A stretch of DNA of 50,301 nucleotides from Nitrososphaeria archaeon. Its GTDB lineage: Archaea; Thermoproteota; Nitrososphaeria; Nitrososphaerales; JACAEJ01. Numbering within the stretch: the stretch's first letter is position 1; each line of letters opens with the position of its first letter. A model generated the notes under the pieces. It was given only the letters and a program-made list of their open reading frames with translations. It made no database searches and was not told the origin of the DNA. The stretch is taken from contig JARVKD010000004.1 of the NCBI GenBank assembly GCA_029775875.1, positions 1 to 50,301 on the forward strand, in the 5' to 3' direction. The translations under genes were made by a program, and so were the position numbers. Below are positions 9,058 to 19,027 of the stretch, one piece after another.

Positions 9058-10419
9058 ATGGTTCATCCCAAAGACTATGACGTAATCATCTTTGGTGCAG
9101 GTCCAGCAGGCATCTTCACTGCCCTTGAACTTTGTGAAAGATCAGATCTAAGAGTATTAGTTTTGGATAGAGGAAAGGACATATCCGAGCGCACTCGCTC
9201 TAAGTCCATTCTTTTTGGCTGGGGAGGAGCAGGAGCTTTTAGCGATGGTAAGCTGACATTTTCCACAGAAACTGGAGGATGGTTAAAGGATTATGTGAGT
9301 GAAAAGAGGCTAATGGGGCTTATGCAAGAAGTTGAAAATATTTACATAAAGTATGGTGCTCCTGCCAAAATTTATGGAGACGACGAAGATGCCATCTCTA
9401 ATATATCAAGGAAGGCTGCCATGGCTGAGTTAAGGCTGATTCCAAGTAAGGTAAGGCACCTAGGGACTGACCAATGCCCTGAATTGCTGAAGAAGATGAG
9501 AAGAACGATAGACGGCAAGGTGGAGATAATGATGGAGAAAACTGTGAGCAATCTTTTGGTTCAAGGAGAAGAAGTGAAAGGTGTAAGAATGGTTGATGGA
9601 GAAGAGATTCTTGCAAAGTATGTGGTAGTAGCCCCTGGGAGAAGTGGAGCAGAGTGGCTTAGGCAAGAGGCAAATAGGCTCGGCTTGAAAACCATCAACA
9701 ACCCTGTGGATATAGGAGTAAGAATTGAAGTTCCAGCAGTTGTAATGAACCACTTGACAGATGTTCTTTATGAACCAAAGTTTGTCTATTATTCCAAATC
9801 CTTCGACGATAAGGTTAGAACTTTTTGTGTCTGTCCTAGAGGATACGTGGTAACCGAGCATTTAGATGATGTTATAACTGTAAACGGTCATAGCTATGAG
9901 GAGAAAACTTCTGAAAACACGAATTTTGCCGTTCTTGTAAGCACGTCTTTTACAGAGCCCTTTAAGGAGCCTGTCGCCTATGGGAAATACATAGCAAAAC
10001 TTGCCAACTTGCTAGTTGGTGGTGTAATAGTACAGAGGCTTGGAGACCTTGAAGTAGGTAGAAGGTCTACACAAGAGAGGATGGAAAGGAGTGTAGTAAA
10101 GCCTACTCTGGGAGATGCTAAGCCAGGAGACCTGAGCTTTGCCTTGCCAGGACGATATTTGATAGACGTTAAAGAAATGTTAAATGCTCTTGATAAGATT
10201 GCCCCTGGTGTGTATTCAAGGCATACTCTTCTCTATGGTGTTGAGGTGAAGTTCTATTCATCAAGGCTAGAGCTAAATAATGTTCTTGAAACTAAGATAA
10301 GAAATCTGTTCACTGTTGGGGATGGTGCAGGCATAACTAGAGGTTTAGTTCAATCATCAACCTCTGGGCTTATAGTTGCTAGAGAGATACTGAAAAGAAC
10401 AGGTTATCTTGCGTCATAA
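9058..10419 (+). CDS. FAD/NAD(P)-dependent oxidoreductase (COG2509-like uncharacterised FAD-dependent dehydrogenase)
   Basis: IFGAGPAG Rossmann motif, GWGGAGAFSDGKL, VRTFCVCP.G.V, VNGHS, GDGAGITRGL. Confidence 0.88.
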   Translation: MVHPKDYDVIIFGAGPAGIFTALELCERSDLRVLVLDRGKDISERTRSKSILFGWGGAGAFSDGKLTFSTETGGWLKDYVSEKRLMGLMQEVENIYIKYGAPAKIYGDDEDAISNISRKAAMAELRLIPSKVRHLGTDQCPELLKKMRRTIDGKVEIMMEKTVSNLLVQGEEVKGVRMVDGEEILAKYVVVAPGRSGAEWLRQEANRLGLKTINNPVDIGVRIEVPAVVMNHLTDVLYEPKFVYYSKSFDDKVRTFCVCPRGYVVTEHLDDVITVNGHSYEEKTSENTNFAVLVSTSFTEPFKEPVAYGKYIAKLANLLVGGVIVQRLGDLEVGRRSTQERMERSVVKPTLGDAKPGDLSFALPGRYLIDVKEMLNALDKIAPGVYSRHTLLYGVEVKFYSSRLELNNVLETKIRNLFTVGDGAGITRGLVQSSTSGLIVAREILKRTGYLAS

Positions 10420-10602
10420 TCTTGAATTGACTCGAAACAAGATCAAAGTATTCATTTTTCATGTGTTAAAAATCCCATGTTAAAATTAACGGCAGATTGT
10501 TAAATATCTCTATATTTTTGATAAGGAATAATGTTGTCTAAAGATGTAAATTAATAAAACATTAATATAAGGAAGTAATTCCAAATCGCAGAAAGTAATA
10601 AA

Positions 10603-11229
10603 ATGAAAACTTTGGAGATAATAGACAGAGTTACGAAGAAGATAGAGCCAGCGCCCTTTCCCTCTTTTACACCTGCTCATGTTTTTATGATTATAGAGAT
10701 TGTAGGCTCTAGCGCGCCTATAGGGAGGGTGAGATTATCAAGTATATTAGAACTTGGAGAAGGTGCAACTCGAACTTTGATAAAGCGTTTGCAAAAAGAA
10801 GGAATAATAAAATCTACAAAGTCTGGCTGTGTACTGACCAATTTTGGCAAAGAAATATTCTCAGACTTAAGTTCAAGAGTATCGGAAGGATTGGAGATTC
10901 CGCCATCTCCATACACACTGGGCAAATTTAACATAGCAATATTAGTCAAGAATTCTGCCAAAATGATAGGATATGGAATAGAGCAAAGAGACGCAGCCAT
11001 AAAGGCAGGAGCTTTGGGAGCTACAACAATGATTTACACCAAAGGAAAGTTTGTCATACCAGGATCTCCGGAAGATGCCTTCAAAGATTCACCTGAAATT
11101 CGTAAAATGCTGATAAAAAAGCTAAAACCAAAAGAGGGAGATTCTATCATAATAGGAAGTGCAGACGATGAGAAATCTGCAAAACTTGGTGCAAAGGCAG
11201 CAGCCTTAGAAACTTTAAGAAAGATTTGA
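10603..11229 (+). CDS. Winged-helix protein, DUF4443-like putative transcriptional regulator
   Basis: PIGRVRLSSILELGEGATRTLIKRL wHTH; C-terminal GIEQRDAAIKAGALGA motif. Confidence 0.75.
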   Translation: MKTLEIIDRVTKKIEPAPFPSFTPAHVFMIIEIVGSSAPIGRVRLSSILELGEGATRTLIKRLQKEGIIKSTKSGCVLTNFGKEIFSDLSSRVSEGLEIPPSPYTLGKFNIAILVKNSAKMIGYGIEQRDAAIKAGALGATTMIYTKGKFVIPGSPEDAFKDSPEIRKMLIKKLKPKEGDSIIIGSADDEKSAKLGAKAAALETLRKI

Positions 11230-11320
11230 TTATGAAGCCAATCATATATAATCGATAGTTTACAAAGAAAATTCTATGCAATGTTAACCTTAAATTTATC
11301 GATGTATCGAGGTTCGAAAG

Positions 11321-12703
11321 ATGAATCTTCCTAGGATAACAATAGCAGGTCCCTACAGTGGGGTTGGAAAGACCAGCATTTCAGTAGGTCTAATGGGTGC
11401 TCTTAAAAAGAGAGGTTTAAAGGTTCAAGCCTTTAAGATAGGTCCTGATTACATAGACCCAAGCCACCATTCAGTAATGCTGAACAGACCCTCTCGAAAC
11501 CTTGATGCTTGGATGGTGCACCAAGATGGTATTTTAGAGATATTTCAAAGAGCAACTCAAGATGTTGATATAGCTGTTATAGAAGGAGTGATGGGTCTAT
11601 TCGATGGCTTCGATGAGAGTAATGAGAATGGCAGTACAGCCCACATAGCAAAGCTTCTGAAAAGCCCAGTCATACTTGTGATAAACGTTCATGGGATGGC
11701 AAAGTCTGTAGCTCCTATAGCTTTAGGATACGAGAAGTATGATAGAAATGTTAGACTATCTGGCTTCATCTTGAATGAAGTTGGTAGTGAGAAGCATATA
11801 GATTGGTGTAAAAAAGCCATAAATTCTGTAACGAAACTGCCTGTCCTTGGGGCTCTTCCCCATAATAAAGACATAGAAATGCAAGAGAGGCACCTTGGCT
11901 TGATTCCTCAACGTGAGAAGGCTCATCCAAAACCCTTTCTAGATATGCTCACAAATTTTATAGAAGAGAATGTAGATGTGGATAAAATAATAGATATAGC
12001 AAGGTCTGCAGAGGATCTTCCTAAATCAGGTAATATAGTCTATCCTAAGCATCCATATAAGAAGAATTTGATTGTAGGTGTTGCCCTTGATGAATCCTTC
12101 AACTTCTATTATCAAGACAATCTTGATATTTTAAGGGCTTATGGTGCTGATATAAGGTTCTTTAACACAATAAAGGATAAAGAAATACCATCAGATGTGA
12201 GTGGTCTTTACATAGGAGGAGGCTTCCCTGAAATGCTCCCAGAAAGGCTAGGAGCAAATACAAGCATGCTAAAGAGTGTAAAGAGGGTGGCTGAAGACGA
12301 AATGCCCATCTATGCAGAGTGTGGAGGGTTGATGTATCTAACTGATTCTATAACAGATTTCGAAAATCGATCTCATAAAATGGTTGGGCTATTAAATTCA
12401 AGGACTGTTATGACAAGGGGTCTAACTCTGAACTATACTCTTGCTGAAGTTATTGCTGATAATCCTCTATCTAAGGTTAATGATTTGCTAAAGGGGCATG
12501 AATTCCATTACTCAAAGATTTTAGAGATACCAAGAGATGCAAGGTTTGCCTATAGAATGAGAATAGGTATAGGGATAGACGGCAAGCATGATGCTTGGCT
12601 CGAGCATAAAGTACTGGCATCTTACATGCACATGCATTTTGCCTATCAACCAAAATTGGTAAAAAACTTTTTAAGCGCTTGTGAAGATTACTCTCATTCT
12701 TGA
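11321..12703 (+). CDS. cbiA: Cobyrinate a,c-diamide synthase family (CbiA/CobB; CfbB not excluded)
   Basis: SGVGKT, FKIGPDYIDP, RNLD, EGVMGLFDG, ERHLGL, FNFYY, GGGFPE, AECGGLMYL, GHEFHYS. Confidence 0.9.
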   Translation: MNLPRITIAGPYSGVGKTSISVGLMGALKKRGLKVQAFKIGPDYIDPSHHSVMLNRPSRNLDAWMVHQDGILEIFQRATQDVDIAVIEGVMGLFDGFDESNENGSTAHIAKLLKSPVILVINVHGMAKSVAPIALGYEKYDRNVRLSGFILNEVGSEKHIDWCKKAINSVTKLPVLGALPHNKDIEMQERHLGLIPQREKAHPKPFLDMLTNFIEENVDVDKIIDIARSAEDLPKSGNIVYPKHPYKKNLIVGVALDESFNFYYQDNLDILRAYGADIRFFNTIKDKEIPSDVSGLYIGGGFPEMLPERLGANTSMLKSVKRVAEDEMPIYAECGGLMYLTDSITDFENRSHKMVGLLNSRTVMTRGLTLNYTLAEVIADNPLSKVNDLLKGHEFHYSKILEIPRDARFAYRMRIGIGIDGKHDAWLEHKVLASYMHMHFAYQPKLVKNFLSACEDYSHS

Positions 12704-12744
12704 TCTTTTAGATTTCATTATGGTATTAAGGAGTAAGTTTAGAT

Positions 12745-13467
12745 ATGAAGATACAGTTTGAGAAGGCTAAAGAGCTGATAAAAAATGCTCTATCAACTGG
12801 AAGGTATTCACTGCTTGAACCTGAGGCTATGGCTTTGATGGCTATGATAGGAATTCCAACACCGAGCTTTCATCTATCAAATTCTATAGAAGAAGCCCAA
12901 AAGATAGCCCAGGATCTAGGCTATCCTGTAGTTCTAAAGGTTGTATCACAAGACATAATTCACAAGAGCGATATAGGAGGAGTGAAGTTAAACATACTTA
13001 ATCAAGATCAAGTTTCAGAGAAGTTTAAGGAAATTCAAAAAAGTGTGCATGAAAAAGCTCCTAAAGCAAGGATTTCTGGGATAATGGTTCAGAAGATGGT
13101 TCCATCAGCAACAGAAGTTGTAATAGGAGCTTTAAGAGATAAACAATTCGGTCCAGCAGTAATGTTTGGTCTTGGCGGCATCTTCATAGAGATTCTTAAA
13201 GATGTATCCTTTAGAATAGCCCCTGTCGATAAGAATGATGCCAATGAGATGATTAAGGAGATAAAGGGCTATCCTCTATTGCTTGGATATAGAGGCTCTC
13301 CAAGATTGGACATAAATGCCATAGCTGATTCCATAGTGAAAGTATCTGAATTGATGATGAATATCGATGAGATAGATCAGCTCGACTTAAATCCTATTTT
13401 GGTTTATCCATCTGGTCTTGTTGCTGTAGATGTGAGGATCATTCTTAGTCATGAGGTTAGTGAATAA
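12745..13467 (+). CDS. ADP-forming acyl-CoA synthetase beta subunit (ATP-grasp)
   Basis: GYPVVLKVVSQDIIHKSDIGGV, FGPAVMFGLGGIFIE, GYRG, LDLNP. Confidence 0.9.
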   Translation: MKIQFEKAKELIKNALSTGRYSLLEPEAMALMAMIGIPTPSFHLSNSIEEAQKIAQDLGYPVVLKVVSQDIIHKSDIGGVKLNILNQDQVSEKFKEIQKSVHEKAPKARISGIMVQKMVPSATEVVIGALRDKQFGPAVMFGLGGIFIEILKDVSFRIAPVDKNDANEMIKEIKGYPLLLGYRGSPRLDINAIADSIVKVSELMMNIDEIDQLDLNPILVYPSGLVAVDVRIILSHEVSE

Positions 13468-13468
13468 A

Positions 13469-14320
13469 ATGGATGAAAATCTCGATCAGATTGAACAGAA
13501 GATTTCTTCATTAATTGCCTATAGATTAAGCTTGGTCAACGAGCTGAAGAAGCTAAGCCAAAGAAGGCGCGAGTTAAGAGATGAAATCAAGGGGATCACG
13601 AATAAGATGATAGAAGGGAGAAAAGCCGTTTTAGAGCAATACTCATTGATGGGGCAGCTTAGAGATTCTCACAAATACATTTTATCAAAGATAGACGAAA
13701 TAGAAATGAAGGCAAAAGAGATAGAGAAGGTCTTAAGAAAATTCGAGAAGGAGGTTCCTCATGAGTCTGAGAGAGCTCTTAAGAAAGATCTGGATCGTAT
13801 AGAGTGGAGGCTTCAAACGGAGCGCCTATCAAGAGAAGAGGAGAAGCGACTAGTAGAATACATAAAAAAGCTTGAGATTAAGCTTCATCTCTGGGAGAAA
13901 GCTTACAAGACTAGACAAGAATTGAATGGGCTTTTGGTCGAGGCAAAATCCCTTAAGGACGAATTGGATGGAATGAGGGAGATAAAGAAATCAGCCATAG
14001 CAAAGTTGAGAACTCAAAAAGAAGCTTTGCATAACATCTTTATAGTTAAGCATCAACTAATGCAAGAAGATAGAGAGATACAGCAAGATATAGATGAAAT
14101 CAAAAAGAATTTAGACAACACAGACGCTGAATTGTCCAAGCTAAAAGAGAACAAGAGCAAAATCTTACAGAAGAAAAGACTGGATGAGGAAGCTTCCATT
14201 AAGGCGAAAGAAAAGAGCTTGCTAGAAGAGGCTCGATCAAAGGCAAAAGACAGGCTCATAAAAGGAAAGAGTTTGAACTGGGACGAATTCAAGATTTTAT
14301 TAGAAGATAGGGATGAATAA
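13469..14320 (+). CDS. Archaeal coiled-coil protein (COG1340-like)
   Basis: Heptad-rich E/K/L composition; IEWRLQTERLS.EEEK and GKSLNWDEFK motifs; start moved to ATG 13469, just after the upstream stop. Confidence 0.75.
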   Translation: MDENLDQIEQKISSLIAYRLSLVNELKKLSQRRRELRDEIKGITNKMIEGRKAVLEQYSLMGQLRDSHKYILSKIDEIEMKAKEIEKVLRKFEKEVPHESERALKKDLDRIEWRLQTERLSREEEKRLVEYIKKLEIKLHLWEKAYKTRQELNGLLVEAKSLKDELDGMREIKKSAIAKLRTQKEALHNIFIVKHQLMQEDREIQQDIDEIKKNLDNTDAELSKLKENKSKILQKKRLDEEASIKAKEKSLLEEARSKAKDRLIKGKSLNWDEFKILLEDRDE

Positions 14321-14357
14321 TTTAAGTAATACTCATGATCTTTATTAATGCAGAGAG

Positions 14358-15443
14358 TTGGGCGCGGAGCATAAGCCTTCTAGGCTACTTGTACTATGTG
14401 TGGATAGAGACGATGATATAGAGGTTAAGGCGAAGGTCAACACACCCATAATTGGAAGAGATAACTGCATAGAAGCTGCCAAGAAGTTAGCCATCTCAGA
14501 CCCTGAGGAAGCCGATGCCAATGCCATCTTCGCAGCAGTGAAGCTATACGATGAACTTTTGAGCAAGAAGAACGAATGTGAAGTGGCGATTATAGCTGGA
14601 TCTTATGAAGGAGGAGTTGTAGCCGATCAAAAATTAAGGGCTGAGTTGATGAAGGTAATGGGCGAATTCAATGCAAATGGAGTTGTCTTAGTATCAGATG
14701 GTTATGAAGATAGAGAAGTTTTACCAATATTGATGAGTACTATACCAGTAATATCTATCAGAAGAGTTGTAATAAAGCACAGTGAAAGAGTTGAAGAATC
14801 TTACGCTGTTCTTGGGCGATATTTTAGAATGCTCTTTACAGATCCTAGGTACTCTAAATTTTCTTTAGGAATTCCAGGCTTGCTATTCCTTGCCATTGGC
14901 TTGCTCAGCATCTTTAATTTAATTCAACTTGCTATTCAAGTTGTTTTGATAGTCCTAGGCATAGTTTTGATCGCATGGGGCTTTGACTTGTTCAAATATA
15001 TTGTAGCGATAAGGCATATGAAGAAAATGTCTTCATATATCAGATTCTTTTCTATAATAGCAACCCTTTTGGTAATATCCGTAGCCTTTTATCAGGGTCT
15101 TCACTTTAGTATAGGAAAGGAGACTATCCCTCTCTTCTTAAGCTCGTTCATAGAAAGGTCTCTTCCATTAATCTGGGTAGGGCTGTCGATATACTTGGGC
15201 TACTCTTTGATCTTTCACTGGATAAGGAAAAGCATCAAGATATGGAGAACAATATTAGCCCTTGTAATACTAGCTTTTCTCTACATACCTCTTCTTGAAT
15301 TCTCTCAAATTCTGATAAACCCTGGTAAGAATCCTCTTACTCTCGTATCACAACTATTGCTAGGGCTCGGGGCTACTTCGATAGTAGCAATCATAGCCTA
15401 TCGATACATTCGCTCTCATAAGAAGGTGGCAGAAGGGGTCTAA
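14358..15443 (+). CDS. DUF373 family membrane protein
   Basis: LVLCVDRDDD, DPEEADAN, VSDG.ED, RRVVIKHS..VE..Y followed by TM helices; adjacent to uppS. Confidence 0.88.
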   Translation: MGAEHKPSRLLVLCVDRDDDIEVKAKVNTPIIGRDNCIEAAKKLAISDPEEADANAIFAAVKLYDELLSKKNECEVAIIAGSYEGGVVADQKLRAELMKVMGEFNANGVVLVSDGYEDREVLPILMSTIPVISIRRVVIKHSERVEESYAVLGRYFRMLFTDPRYSKFSLGIPGLLFLAIGLLSIFNLIQLAIQVVLIVLGIVLIAWGFDLFKYIVAIRHMKKMSSYIRFFSIIATLLVISVAFYQGLHFSIGKETIPLFLSSFIERSLPLIWVGLSIYLGYSLIFHWIRKSIKIWRTILALVILAFLYIPLLEFSQILINPGKNPLTLVSQLLLGLGATSIVAIIAYRYIRSHKKVAEGV

Positions 15444-15444
15444 A

Positions 15445-16227
15445 TTGCTCGATTCATTGCTGAGGATAGCAGGAGTCTACAAGATTTACGAAAAATACCT
15501 GAGCAATCAAATAAGCAAGGCTGAAGCTCCTAAGCACGTTGGCATAATACTGGATGGAAACAGAAGATGGGCTGAAGCCAACTCTTACCCAAGGTGGATA
15601 GGGCACTGGTTTGGAGCTAAAAAGGCTGAGAAATTATTGGAATGGTGCAAAGAACTGGGTATTGAGACTTTGACTTTGTATGTTCTATCAGTAGAGAACC
15701 TTCAAAGATCGCCTGAAGAAGTTAAAGAGATTCTAATCCTTATCGAAGAAAAGCTAAAAGAGTTGATACAAGATGAGCGTATACACAAGTATCATATTCG
15801 TGTGAAGGCCTTAGGAAAGATAGAATTACTCCCTGATTCGATAAGAGAACTTTTAGCCAAAATAGAAAAAGCCACCGAAGATTATGATGAACATTTTCTT
15901 AACATCGCCGTTGCTTACGGTGGAAGACTGGAAATAGTCGATGTAGTTAAGAGTATAGCTGAAAAGGTAAAGAATAGAGAGATCAGTCTATCGGAGATAA
16001 CCTCTAAGACTGTTGAGGAACATCTCTACACTTCACATCTTCCATACCCAGAACCTGACTTGATCATAAGAACTTCTGGCGAGGAGAGGCTAAGCGGATT
16101 TTTACTTTGGCAGAGTGCCTACTCTGAGCTTGTTTTCCTTGATGTATTCTGGCCTGAGTTTAGAAAGATCGATCTGATGAGAGCAGTGAGGACTTATCAA
16201 AGAAGGATTAGAAGGTTTGGCAAATAA
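15445..16227 (+). CDS. uppS: cis-prenyltransferase (polyprenyl diphosphate synthase)
   Basis: HVGIILDGNRRWA, LS.EN..R, YGGR.EI, RTSGEERLSGFLLWQ, RRFG. Confidence 0.96.
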   Translation: MLDSLLRIAGVYKIYEKYLSNQISKAEAPKHVGIILDGNRRWAEANSYPRWIGHWFGAKKAEKLLEWCKELGIETLTLYVLSVENLQRSPEEVKEILILIEEKLKELIQDERIHKYHIRVKALGKIELLPDSIRELLAKIEKATEDYDEHFLNIAVAYGGRLEIVDVVKSIAEKVKNREISLSEITSKTVEEHLYTSHLPYPEPDLIIRTSGEERLSGFLLWQSAYSELVFLDVFWPEFRKIDLMRAVRTYQRRIRRFGK

Positions 16228-17227
16228 ATTGATTATTATTCGCCCAAAGTTTCCAAAGTTCATCTATCACGCTTTCTTTTATTATATTCTCTGAACCATC
16301 TTTCTTTATGAGTATTCTCTTGCCTTTTTTGAAATGTCCTATTTGACTAACTCGAACTCCTATCTTCCTTAGTTCATCAAATACTAAATCGACTCCAGAT
16401 GGTTCTACAGCTAAAAGCAAGACTCCAGAGCTTATCAGTTTTAAAGGATCTATTTTAAGGGCTTCACAGATTATATCAGTTTCTAACGCTATTGGTATAG
16501 CCTTTTCATGAACCAAAAATCCTAAATTTGATGCTACACTCATCTCATAAATCCCTCCCAAAACTCCTCCTTCTGTTGCATCATGCATAGCATGAACGAA
16601 TCCAGTATTGAATGCTTTTAATGCTTCCTTTACTATACTTATCCTTCTCATCATTCTTAAAGCCTTCATAATTAATTTATCTCCTATTTTTGACAATCTC
16701 TCTTTGAAAACATCTGCTAGTATAGATGTTCCTTCCAATCCTGCTGTCTTTGTCATCAGTATAGCATCATTCTCTTTTGCATCTGCTGCTGTAACATACC
16801 TTTTTGCTAGGCCAAAGGCTGTAGTTATTACTATTTTACGCTCTAACTTTGGGGTAAGTTCTGCATGCCCCCCGATTATGGATATTCCTAAAGCTTTTGC
16901 TGCTCTATGGATCTGCTTTGATATGCTTATCACATCTTCAGCCTTGCTTTCTTGAGGTAAAAGTATAACAGATTCTAGATACATGGGCTTTGAGCCACTG
17001 GTGGCAACATCGTTAGCGCTAACATTCACAGCATACCATCCTACTTCTTTTTCTGCTCCTGTAACTGGGTCGGAGGATACTATCATATACCCTTCATCAA
17101 GCTTTACCACAGCAAAATCTATACCAAACTTTGGACCTTGAACAACATTCTTCGATCTTTCCCCAGTTAATTTCAGAACATATTTCTCAAGAATCTCTTT
17201 CGGAATCTTACCTAAGGGTAGGCTCAA
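16208..17227 (-). CDS. AIR synthase-related (PurM/HypE/ThiL-fold) protein
   Basis: LGKIP, SSDPVTG, NDVATSG, IGGHAE, HDATEGG, DPLKLISSG. Confidence 0.85.
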   Translation of the reverse strand: MSLPLGKIPKEILEKYVLKLTGERSKNVVQGPKFGIDFAVVKLDEGYMIVSSDPVTGAEKEVGWYAVNVSANDVATSGSKPMYLESVILLPQESKAEDVISISKQIHRAAKALGISIIGGHAELTPKLERKIVITTAFGLAKRYVTAADAKENDAILMTKTAGLEGTSILADVFKERLSKIGDKLIMKALRMMRRISIVKEALKAFNTGFVHAMHDATEGGVLGGIYEMSVASNLGFLVHEKAIPIALETDIICEALKIDPLKLISSGVLLLAVEPSGVDLVFDELRKIGVRVSQIGHFKKGKRILIKKDGSENIIKESVIDELWKLWANNNQFICQTF

Positions 17228-17304
17228 CTATGCTCAATAATAAAATCAAGGGATAACTATAAACGATTATATCGATAATCTTTCCATTTGATAAAGGTGA
17301 TTGG

Positions 17305-17559
17305 ATGCTAATCGCTGCCATATTAAAAGCAGGAATAGGCAAGTCTGATGCTTTATCAGGTTTGATAAAGAGGCTAATATTTTCAGATGTAGAGCCAGGA
17401 ATTGAAATCGTATCTGCATATATGCTCATAGGCTCCTATGATGCTGTGATAATACTGTCGGCAATAGATGAAGAATCTGCTAGGCACTTTATATCAAAAG
17501 TTGAGAATGTATTAGGGTCAAGAGCTTTAATTCATTTTGCTTCTCCTATCAAGCCATGA
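17305..17559 (+). CDS. Small protein, possible GYD/AsnC-ligand-binding-like ferredoxin fold
   Basis: YMLIGSYDAVII motif; AGGTGA SD before the ATG; fills the gap between two minus-strand genes. Confidence 0.55.
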   Translation: MLIAAILKAGIGKSDALSGLIKRLIFSDVEPGIEIVSAYMLIGSYDAVIILSAIDEESARHFISKVENVLGSRALIHFASPIKP

Positions 17560-18568
17560 TTCTTAATTGACTTCTTCTATCAATAGTATCGAAGACTTCT
17601 GGTCCAGTGCTGATTATCGATAAAGGCACTTTTAATGAATTCTCGATATCTTCGATGAACTTCTTAGCGTCTTTTGGCAAGGCTTCAAAGCTAGTTTTAC
17701 CTCTGGCATCAGGGAAGACTACATCCAATTTTGTTAAAGCTATCTGGGTTGCACTGTTCAACATAACAGCCCTCTTTGCCAGTTCGAAGTTAAAAGGAGC
17801 TGATCTTCTCACTCTACCAGTAACAGTGGCTACTTCTCTCCATCCTCTCTTAATCGTCTCTTCTTCGCTGAGTTCTCCAGGTAAAAATCCTTCTCCAACT
17901 CTTGTGACATAGGATTTAAATACGATTAGAACATCTTCTACCTTCTTGGGTCCTATTCCAATATCTGAGCATATAGCAGATGCAGTCACATCCTTAGATG
18001 TAACATAAGGATAAGTTCCATGATAAAGGGATAGAAAAGTGCCCTGAGTTCCTTCAAGTATTATTAATGCTCCATCATCTATCAATTTATTTACTTCAAA
18101 AGCCACATCTCCAACATAATCTTTCAAAGAATCAATATCCTTAGCCATCTTTGCTATTCTTAAAACTCTGTCAGAATTTGCTGGACCAGTTCCAGAGCCT
18201 GTAGTGCCAATTCTTTCCTTCAAATAGCCCCCTCTGTCACGCTCTATATGAGTATTCTCTATTATTGCACATTGTGAATCTATTAGAACTCTTGATCCAG
18301 CATTGAAGGTCTTTATCTCATCTAATAATACATTAGGATTTACCAATACTCCAGCGCCTATCATTAGTTTTGTTTGCTTGTTCAATATTGCGCTTGGAAG
18401 CATTCTAAGCTTGTAGGATTTTCCTTCATAAACTACTGTATGACCAGCGTTTGGACCGACTCCTCCTCTAACCGTTGCAGAAGGATTGTCCTTCATCGCC
18501 AAGTAAGAGATTATCTTACCCTTTCCTTCATCGCCGAAGAATCCGCCAACTATTACCATTGCAGGCAT
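17549..18568 (-). CDS. purA: Adenylosuccinate synthetase (short archaeal type)
   Basis: GGFFGDEGKGK, GPNAGHT, IGTTGSGTGP, EGTQG, YPYVTS, TVTGR.RR, TKLD; start taken as second ATG (MPAMVIVGG). Confidence 0.97.
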   Translation of the reverse strand: MPAMVIVGGFFGDEGKGKIISYLAMKDNPSATVRGGVGPNAGHTVVYEGKSYKLRMLPSAILNKQTKLMIGAGVLVNPNVLLDEIKTFNAGSRVLIDSQCAIIENTHIERDRGGYLKERIGTTGSGTGPANSDRVLRIAKMAKDIDSLKDYVGDVAFEVNKLIDDGALIILEGTQGTFLSLYHGTYPYVTSKDVTASAICSDIGIGPKKVEDVLIVFKSYVTRVGEGFLPGELSEEETIKRGWREVATVTGRVRRSAPFNFELAKRAVMLNSATQIALTKLDVVFPDARGKTSFEALPKDAKKFIEDIENSLKVPLSIISTGPEVFDTIDRRSQLRIMA

Positions 18569-18674
18569 CTTTATCGCCATCGCTTTTGATTTGCTGGTAA
18601 TTAAAGGTAAAATAGAAAGTTAAATATGTTTAAGTTAGCAATGTTAAAAGTCAAAATTAAAGGGATGATGAATT

Positions 18675-18959
18675 TTGAAACTTCTACTCGATGAAATGTA
18701 CTCAGGTTTGAAAGAGTATTTTGAGACTCTAGGTTGGGATGTGCTTACTGTCCAAGATGTAGGGTTACAAGGAGCAAAAGACAAGGAAATAATAGATTAT
18801 GCAAAGAATAACAACTTGTTGCTCGTGACTCAGGATCTAAAATCAGCAGATTTGGCAGATCTTAAAGGAGTAAAATATGTATTGATCTCAAATGCTATGA
18901 TTGCAAAAATGGCTGATGCCAAAATAAGAGAGAAATACCAGAATACAAAAGAGAAATGA
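18675..18959 (+). CDS. DUF5615/Mut7-C-like PIN-domain protein
   Basis: MKLLLDEM...LGWDV...D..II.YA....LLVTQD, the acidic PIN-like pattern. Confidence 0.8.
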   Translation: MKLLLDEMYSGLKEYFETLGWDVLTVQDVGLQGAKDKEIIDYAKNNNLLLVTQDLKSADLADLKGVKYVLISNAMIAKMADAKIREKYQNTKEK

Positions 18960-19027
18960 CGCCATAGAAAAACTGGCGAGGAGATAATAAGAATACATAT
19001 TAATGGACTTCTTTTTGATGCTAAGGT

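Noticed and set aside
13469-14320. Coiled-coil protein as an SMC/ESCRT/cytoskeletal component
   Set aside because: No ATPase motifs; the pattern and its position before DUF373-uppS fit the ordinary COG1340-like family
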